This document shows positions 1-5,767 of a stretch of DNA of 5,901 bases, piece after piece. The stretch covers positions 1 through 5,901 of the forward strand of contig NW_021829566.1 of NCBI RefSeq assembly GCF_006345805.1. The letters are read 5' to 3'. Below the pieces are notes generated by a model that ran no database searches, was not told where the DNA came from, and saw nothing but the letters and a program-made list of their open reading frames with translations. The stretch's first letter is position 1. Every line of letters begins with the position of its first letter. Both the position numbers and the translations under genes were made by a program. The DNA is from Octopus sinensis. Its lineage: Eukaryota.

Positions 1-210
1 TATTGATACAATAGAAATACTTTCAGACACAAATAATTAAATGATGCAGGAATATGATATCTTTTTGACAGTATTAGTTGCAACGTGTGAAGTGCGAATT
101 GTATGACACTTAGAACGCGACATATGTTTCACTTTGAAATTTTAAGTGCCTTGGTCAGGAACACGAAATACAATGTCATCAACAGGATACAAGATCGCTG
201 ACCTCAAAAC

Positions 211-276
211 ACTGCTATTACTATTACTGCTGCTGCTACTACTACTACTACTACTACTACTTACTACTGCAACTAG

Positions 277-308
<32 letters not shown>

Positions 309-381
309 TTACTACTACTACTACTACTACTACTTACTACTACTACAACTAGTACTACTACTACTTACTACTACTACTACT

Positions 382-431
<50 letters not shown>

Positions 432-501
432 TACTAATACTACTTACTACTACTACTACTTACTACTACTACTACTTACTACTACTACTATTACTACTAC
501 T

Positions 502-563
<62 letters not shown>
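211..563. repeat. (TAC)n microsatellite with single-T insertions and rare variant units
   Basis: Near-perfect TAC run read directly from the sequence; it produces the poly-L/T/Y and poly-V/S ORFs in the track. Confidence 0.97.
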
Positions 564-960
564 TTGATGGTGCTCCTGCTGTCGTAGCCACTACTACCAC
601 CACTACTACCACCGCTACTACTTCTGCTGCTGCTGTGCTACGTCTACAAATGCTTTTACTACTACTACTACAACTACTACTACTGCTGCTGCTGCTGATA
701 TCATTACTATGACCACTGCAGTTGCTGCTACTATCATTACAAATACTAACACCACGACTGCTGCTGCTGCTACTATTGCTAGTACTGCTGCTGCTTCTAC
801 TACTACGACTACAACCAATCAACAACAACAACAACAACTACTCCTACTACTACTAATAGCTGCTGCTGCTACTCCTACTACTACTACTACTACTCTGCCT
901 TTTGTAGAATGACCGCTACAGATTGACCCCGTGGTAACCATTAAAATATCTATTCTGCCA
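564..960. repeat. Degenerate trinucleotide mosaic (TAC/TGC/CAA/CAC), low complexity
   Basis: Short in-phase runs of ACT, GCT, CAA and CAC units with scattered substitutions, consistent with a decayed microsatellite. Confidence 0.85.
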
Positions 961-974
961 CTACTATAACTAGA

Positions 975-1022
975 CATCATCATCATCATCGTCATTATCG
1001 TCATATCATCATCATCATCACC
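975..1022. repeat. Imperfect (CAT)n microsatellite
   Basis: Two (CAT)5-6 blocks separated by CGT/TAT variants. Confidence 0.9.
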
Positions 1023-1028
1023 ACTACC

Positions 1029-1099
1029 TATTTCTTTATTACCCAAAAAGGGGCTAAACACAGAGGAAGACAAAACAAGGACAGACAAACGGATTAAGT
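1029..1099 (-). mobile_element. Probable 3'-terminal fragment of a SINE
   Basis: The minus strand ends ...TTTAGCCCCTTTTTGGGTAATAAAGAAAT. This resembles, from memory only, the 3' end of an abundant octopod SINE. It breaks off at a rearranged junction near 1100. Confidence 0.45.
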
Positions 1100-1116
1100 T
1101 TGTCAAACGGATTAAT

Positions 1117-1321
1117 CCTTTGCATGGTCTTCCGACCTTGTAGAAACAGCTGCCAAATGACGCTCGTATCACACACAGTACTGTATTCGAAAAGAAGGAC
1201 ACATTGTCTAACAGTCTTAGACGTACTGTGCTTAGAAAAGGGACGTTATGGTCACGGATGGGTTGTTATTTGCGCAGACCTATGCTTGTCGGACGCTGGC
1301 CTGGTGTTAAATAGCATCAAC
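1117..1321 (+). mobile_element. Probable degenerate 3' half of a different SINE
   Basis: Complex non-coding sequence (CCGACCTTGTAGAAACAGCTGCCAAAT...GGCCTGGTGTTAAATAGCATCAAC) between microsatellites. It resembles, from memory only, an octopod SINE body ending in a CAA-type tail. No A/B box head is present. Confidence 0.4.
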
Positions 1322-1366
1322 GCACTCCAGCCAAGGCTACCATCACCGTCATAATCTTTCGTTACA

Positions 1367-1370
<4 letters not shown>

Positions 1371-1413
<43 letters not shown>

Positions 1414-1459
1414 GCTAGTATTACATAGTTAGTAGTAGTAGTAGTAGTAGTAGTAGTAG
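1371..1459. repeat. Inverted microsatellite pair: (CTA)14, 17-bp spacer, (TAG)10
   Basis: CTA run at 1371-1412 and TAG run at 1430-1459 are reverse complements. Confidence 0.95.
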
Positions 1460-1498
1460 AACTTCTACCATCATTACTACAACTGTTACAATTACTAT

Positions 1499-1600
1499 TA
1501 CTTCCTCTTCCTCCACTTCCTCCTCCTTCTCCTCCACCTCCCCTTCCTACGACTACTACTATTACTACTACTACTACTACTACTAATAATAATAATAATA

Positions 1601-1646
<46 letters not shown>
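1499..1646. repeat. Compound microsatellite (CCT)n-(TAC)n-(TAA)21
   Basis: CCT-rich 1499-1547, TAC 1550-1583 and TAA 1584-1646 (one TAG variant). The TAA run directly abuts the retrotransposon 5' junction. Confidence 0.95.
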
Positions 1647-2838
1647 GGTATGAACACTCTAGCTGTCCCAGTTATAAGTTACAGCAACAATATCCTTAAC
1701 TGGACGTTAAATGATCTAACCAAAATAGACAGGAAAACACGAAAATAATGACAGGATCTAGGATGCACCACCCAAAATCTGACATAAAAAGGCTATATAT
1801 ACAATGTATAGAAGGTGGTAGAGGCCTTATACAGCTGGAAAACTATTATAAAGTAACCACCATAGGACTGCAAAAATACCAACTTCAGAAGCAAGGGAAA
1901 ATAATACAAATAGCCACAAAACACGAGCAAAACAAAAAAACTGTTTTCAGTATTTAAGGAAGCTGACAAATAGAAACAAAAAAATCATACTACCTAACAA
2001 ATATGAAGAAGAAGAAGAAACAACAAAAGCCATAAAACAAATGAAAACAAATGAAATCCAAACTAAAACTAGAACAGCAACGAACCTTGATAAAACGATG
2101 GCAAGAAAAGCCCTTCATGGAAATTACCGGGTTAAACTAAACGTAAAAGAAATAGACAGAGAAAAATCCCAGCAATGGTTGAGAAGCTCAGGAACCAAAG
2201 CAGAGACTGAAGGAATTTTAACTGCGACACAAGACCAAGCCTCCCCACCAGAAACTACCAAAAACATATAATGAAAAGAAACATAACAAGTAACTGCAGA
2301 CTATGTGGAGATGGTCAATAAACAATAAATCATATTATCTCTGGCTGCCCAGTCCTGGCTAAGAAGGAATATATTCACAGACATGACAGAGTTGGAACCT
2401 ACATTCACTGGAAGCTATGCCAATACTATGGAATAACAACAGAAAAAAGATGGTATAGGCACACGCCAGAAAAGGTCACAGAAAACGAGAAAGCAACCAT
2501 ACTCTGGGATATGCCAATACACACAGATAGAGAAATTAAGGCCAACAGACCAGATACAGTTGTCAGAGATCATGAAGAAAAAAAAAGCTTTCTGATTGAT
2601 GTATCAATACCAGCAGATGACAACGTTTCTCTAAAAGAAATGGAGAAACTTTCAAAATACAAAGACATGGACTCGAATGTAGAATCTAAAAACAGAAACA
2701 ATTCCTATCATAGTGGGTGCATTAGGTATGATAAAAAATATTCAGAAAAATACATAGCAAAAGCACCAGGACTTACAACTATATACAACATACAGAAAAT
2801 TGCACTACTGGGCACTGCACACATTCTACGCAAAACAC
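1647..2838 (+). mobile_element. 5'-truncated, inactive R4/Dong-clade non-LTR retrotransposon (RLE-type)
   Basis: Joining frames gives GMNTLAVPVISYS..NW...KIDRKTRK / MTGSRMHHPKSDIKRLY...EGGRGL (post-RT region) and WQEK/LHG...S..WL....KAETEG....QDQ. It continues with the CCHC knuckle CRLCGDGQ*TINHIISGC (2295-2348), RHD (2379-2387), RPD (2547-2555), LID (2592-2600), KE.EK..KY (2634-2660) and the terminal LLGTAHILRK. This motif order is characteristic of R4/Dong ORFs. Confidence 0.93.
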
Positions 2839-2864
2839 GGGGGAGCATCATAGCCATGTATTGA
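1647..2864 (+). pseudogene. Disrupted C-terminal part of the retrotransposon ORF (post-RT region, zinc knuckle, restriction-like endonuclease)
   Basis: At least five frameshifts (~1745, ~2112, ~2241, ~2670, ~2737) and stops in the homologous frame at 2319-2321 and 2680-2682. Track ORFs 1748..1957, 2041..2271 and 2511..2864 are fragments of it. The RT catalytic core is absent. Confidence 0.9.
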
Positions 2865-3177
2865 GAGGGATTCTTTGGGATTTGAATAATTCACCTCTGG
2901 AAACATGGATCTTTCGTTCAACATCCTTAAACAAACCTTATTCAGGGATTATTTGAGCGGGATGGGCTACTTGACCAGAAGAAAATTCTAACTAGGCCCC
3001 ACCTGCAAGGTCATGCGCTGTTTACCTTGATATGAGATCACCATGTCGCGTACATGTGGTTGTGTCATGCATGTGCCTGGCGTACCCTTATCAGACGGGT
3101 AGTCACGATGGGTATACTGGGCTTCGTATATTTTACCCCAGTGTCACTTTGATGGCATGCACAGCTCTCTCACTCAA
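2839..3177 (+). mobile_element. Structured non-coding 3' module ending at an AAT-type tail (3' UTR of the element or a fused non-autonomous element)
   Basis: Follows the ORF terminus with an abrupt loss of A-richness, contains several stems, and ends ...CTCTCTCACTCAAT just before the (ATG)7(ATA)15 run. Confidence 0.6.
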
Positions 3178-3183
3178 TATATT

Positions 3184-3204
3184 ATGATGATGATGATGAT
3201 GATG

Positions 3205-3287
<83 letters not shown>

Positions 3288-3298
3288 CATTATTATTA

Positions 3299-3348
<50 letters not shown>

Positions 3349-3394
3349 GTTATTATTATTATTATTATTATTATATGTTATTATTATTATTATT
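3184..3394. repeat. (ATG)7-(ATA)15 followed by imperfect (TTA)n; head-to-head palindromic microsatellite
   Basis: Orientation flips between 3250 and 3251; the palindrome is perfect from 3214 to 3287. Confidence 0.97.
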
Positions 3395-3547
3395 CTATGT
3401 TGACTTTTGCTTTATATGTCTGTACAAGTTGGCTCCAAGTCTCACCCAGAGACCTCAAGAGACAACAGGTTAGAAGTTCTGTGCCATATATTTGGGGGTT
3501 TTTTATCTTTTTTTTTCTGGTGTTGTACTAGTGAATGTCTAATACAT
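3395..3547 (-). mobile_element. Probable 3'-UTR fragment of a second R4/Dong-like element with a minus-strand (AAT)n tail
   Basis: The minus strand reads ...GTCTCTTGAGGTCTCTGGGTGAGACTTGGAGCCAACTTGTACAGACATATAAAGCAAAAGTCAACATAG then (AAT)n. Minus-strand AAT repeats also lie on its other side (3586-3617). No coding sequence remains, so the family call rests on context and recollection. Confidence 0.55.
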
Positions 3548-3617
3548 AAAAAAAAAAAAAATTTTTTTTAAATAAATAAATAAATATTATTATTATTATT
3601 ATTACTATTATTATTAT
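3548..3617. repeat. A14-T8, (AAAT)4 and (ATT)n low-complexity block
   Basis: Read directly from the sequence. Confidence 0.9.
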
Positions 3618-3690
3618 ATCAACAATAATAGTAATAACAATACTTCATGCCTTTCTATACTCCTTACATCTTTCCTTCCTATTGTTTTAG

Positions 3691-3795
3691 CTCAGCCGCT
3701 AGGTACTCACGCCATTTTTATTTCATCAAAACGTGGCACCGCAGCGGATGTGAACAATTAAGTGACCGATCGCGTGACAAGTAAACACCATTTTG
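3691..3795 (-). promoter_or_regulatory. Candidate CpG-enriched promoter/first-exon segment with YY1-like motifs and a GTGAGT donor
   Basis: 8 CpGs in 3691-3780. CGCCATTTT at 3710-3718 and CACCATTTTG at 3786-3795. The minus strand reads AAAAATGGC|GTGAGTAC. Confidence 0.3.
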
Positions 3796-3984
3796 TTAAA
3801 ATATCAAAATACTATTGCCTTAAGAAAATATAGGTCAAGAGAAATTTCACCGTTTTAACTATTTGGTCATGTTTAGTTTTGAGTTTTGTTTTCATATTTC
3901 GTTTTCCTTTCATTTCAGATTTGAAGCAAAGAGTTTACTAATCGCACGAGGGAAAACAGTCACAAGTACATGAAATAGCTTATA

Positions 3985-3985
3985 T

Positions 3986-4032
<47 letters not shown>

Positions 4033-4035
4033 ACG

Positions 4036-4068
<33 letters not shown>
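3985..4068. repeat. (GT)19 plus (AT)13 compound dinucleotide microsatellite
   Basis: GT run at 3992-4029 and AT run at 4043-4068. Confidence 0.97.
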
Positions 4069-4430
4069 GGAGGCGCAATGGCCCAGTGGTTAGGGCAGCG
4101 GATTCGCGGTCATAGGATCGCGGTTTATTGAGCGAAAACACCTAAAAGCTCCACGAGGCTCCGGCAGGGGGTGGTGGTGATCCCTGCTGTACTCTTTCAC
4201 CGCAACTTTCTCTCACTCTTACTTCCTGTTTCTGTTGTACCTGTATTTCAAAGGGCCGGCCTTGTCACTCTCTGTGTCACGCTGAATATCCCCAAGAACT
4301 ACGTTAAGGGTACACGAGTCTGTGGAGTGCTCAGCCACTTACACGTTAATTTCACGAGCAGGCTATTCCGTTGATTCGGATCAACCGGAACCCTCGTCGT
4401 CGTAACCGACGGAGTTCTTCCATCCATCCA
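4069..4430 (+). mobile_element. tRNA-derived SINE, copy 1 (B box deleted), inserted in (TA)n
   Basis: A box TGGCCCAGTGG at 4079-4089. Colinear and highly similar to 5266-5662, but lacks 30 bp containing the B box. Has a (TCCA)3 tail and TA runs on both sides. Confidence 0.9.
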
Positions 4431-4498
4431 TATATATATATATACCTATTTATATACGTAGATATATAGAGAAAGAGCCATACATAATTGTTTATGTA

Positions 4499-4740
4499 CA
4501 GTGTTTGGACAAAATAATGGAAACACCTTAATATTTCAAACAGATCTATTTTAACATGTGGTAGGACCGCCTTTGGCAGTAATTACAGCTTGACTTCTAT
4601 GAGGTATGAACTCGATTGTTTCCAAAGGAATTTTTGTCCATTCTTCAGCTAAAACAATCTCCAGTTCTTGTAGAGATGATGGTGGAGGATATCGACTCCT
4701 TACTTGATTTTCTAAAAGTTCCAAAGTTCATCTAAAGATC
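4499..4740 (-). mobile_element. Single end of a Tc1/mariner DNA transposon (TIR plus transposase 3' remnant)
   Basis: TA (4497-4498) followed by CAGTGTTTGGACAAAATAATGGAAACACC (4499-4527), a Tc1-type terminal repeat. The adjacent minus-strand frame encodes a Tc1 transposase C-terminus. No partner TIR is in the window. Confidence 0.85.
4551..4729 (-). pseudogene. Tc1-family transposase C-terminal fragment
   Basis: 4715 to 4551 translates as LENQVRSRYPPPSSLQELEIVLAEEWTKIPLETIEFIPHRSQAVITAKGGPTTC*. It is preceded, after a 1-nt frameshift, by ELW (4729-4721). This matches the Tc1 pattern LW..L.....L......EW..I.....P.R..AVI.AKGG.T. Not in the ORF track (no ATG, short). Confidence 0.85.
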
Positions 4741-4910
4741 TTAACAGTTATCGCCAAGCTAATATGGCAGTCCATAAATATAGGACTAAAGCTGCCGTTG
4801 ATTAGCTCCAAGAGGTCATCGCCTCTAGCTAGCTATATGACACACGAACCTGTGTCCATTGTAACCTTCGAACAGGGGAGGCTAGCCGCTCCCCCTTGCT
4901 GGTCAGGACT

Positions 4911-5184
4911 TATTCTTTGTAAGCCTAGTAATTATTCTATCGGTCCCTTTTGCCGAAACGCTAAGTTATAGGGACAAACACAAACACAAAGTTACACACA
5001 TACACACACACACTAACACATACACAAACCCACGCACGGACGTACATACACACGGACACACGACGGGCTTCTTTTCAGTTTCCATCTATCAAATTCACTG
5101 ACATGGTCAACCCGAGGCTATAGGTCTATAGTCGGAGACACTTATGCAAGATGTCTTGCAGTGGGACTGAACCTGGGAACCATG
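4911..5184 (-). mobile_element. 5'-truncated tRNA-derived SINE with an internal (TG)n tract
   Basis: Minus-strand B-box-like GGTTCAGTCCC (5173-5163) followed by a degenerate CORE-like CATCTTGCATAAGTGTC. An AC-rich tract (~4975-5060) lies inside. No A box is recognisable upstream. Confidence 0.65.
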
Positions 5185-5250
5185 GATGCTTTGTGTGAAG
5201 GATTGAATGTAGGAACTGTATGATGGTGTGTCATCTACGTATGTGAGTGT

Positions 5251-5674
5251 ATATTTGTAAGGGGTGGAGGCGCAATGGCCCAGTGTTAGGGCAGCGGACT
5301 CGCGGTCGTAGGATCGCGGTTTCGATTCCCAGACCGGGCGTTGTGAGTGTTTATTGAGCGAAAACACCTTAAAGCTCCACGATGCTCCGGCATGGGGTTT
5401 GTGGTGATCCCTGCTGTACTCTTTTCACATCACACCACAACTTTCTCTCACTCTACTTTCCTGTTTCTGTTGTACCTGTATTTCAAAGGGCCGGCCTTGT
5501 CACTCTCTCTCTGTGTCACGCTGAATATCCCCGAGAACTACGTTAAGGGTGCACGTGTCTGTGGAGTGCTCAGCCACTTACACGTTAATTTCACGAGCAG
5601 GCTGTTCCGTTGATTCGGATCAACCGGAACCCTCATCGTCGTAACCGACGGAGTGCTTCCACATATTTGTAAGG
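5251..5674 (+). repeat. 12-bp target-site duplication ATATTTGTAAGG (5251-5262 and 5663-5674)
   Basis: Exact direct repeat bracketing SINE copy 2. Confidence 0.93.
5266..5662 (+). mobile_element. tRNA-derived SINE, copy 2 (full length, ~400 bp)
   Basis: A box TGGCCCAGTG(-)T at 5276-5286 and B box GTTTCGATTCC at 5319-5329. Flanked by a 12-bp TSD. Comparable in design to the described octopus tRNA-derived SINEs (OK/OR1/OR2), but the family is not assignable here. Confidence 0.92.
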
Positions 5675-5767
5675 AGATGTTTGTGTGTGTGTGTGAGTCT
5701 TTGTGATGTGGATCGTCTTGCTTTGTTTACCTTTCGGTAAAGTTTGGCAAGTCTGGAGAGGAAATGA

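Noticed and set aside
142-202. Minus-strand GTGTTCCTGACCAAGGCACTTAA, resembling a SINE CORE/V-type motif
   Set aside because: Too short and degenerate, with no convincing B box, to support a feature call without a library search.
146-1202. Track ORFs 146..352, 472..837, 618..818, 709..912 and 819..1202 (poly-T/L/V/S/A, mucin-like appearance)
   Set aside because: These are translations of trinucleotide microsatellites, which lack stops in several frames. No domain, splice or codon evidence.
1100-1354. 84-aa Cys-containing ORF, and likewise ORF 5107..5367 (-)
   Set aside because: They span repeat fragments and junctions and contain no recognisable motif.
3157-3531. 124-aa hydrophobic poly-M/I/Y ORF
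   Set aside because: Translation of (ATG)/(ATA)/(TTA) repeats.
4641-4650. Minus-strand CTGAAGA, a possible hammerhead ribozyme core
   Set aside because: It lies within the transposase codons for AEEW and has no stem II or GAAA partner. No hammerhead or HDV-like fold was found elsewhere in the window by eye.
5266-5340. tRNA-like sequence with A and B boxes
   Set aside because: The acceptor and anticodon stems do not pair properly and the sequence continues into a 320-bp body bounded by a TSD. It is a SINE head, not a tRNA gene.
4171-5613. Near-identical ORFs 4171..4374 and 5347..5613 ending LCVTLNIP.NYVKG.RVCGVLSHLHVNFTSRLFR
   Set aside because: Both lie inside the two SINE copies, so the similarity is repeat identity. 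Their N-termini differ through indels and the track starts are non-ATG.
5726-5741. Hairpin TTTACC-TTTC-GGTAAA
   Set aside because: An isolated AT-rich 6-bp stem expected by chance. Terminator interpretations do not apply to this eukaryotic context.
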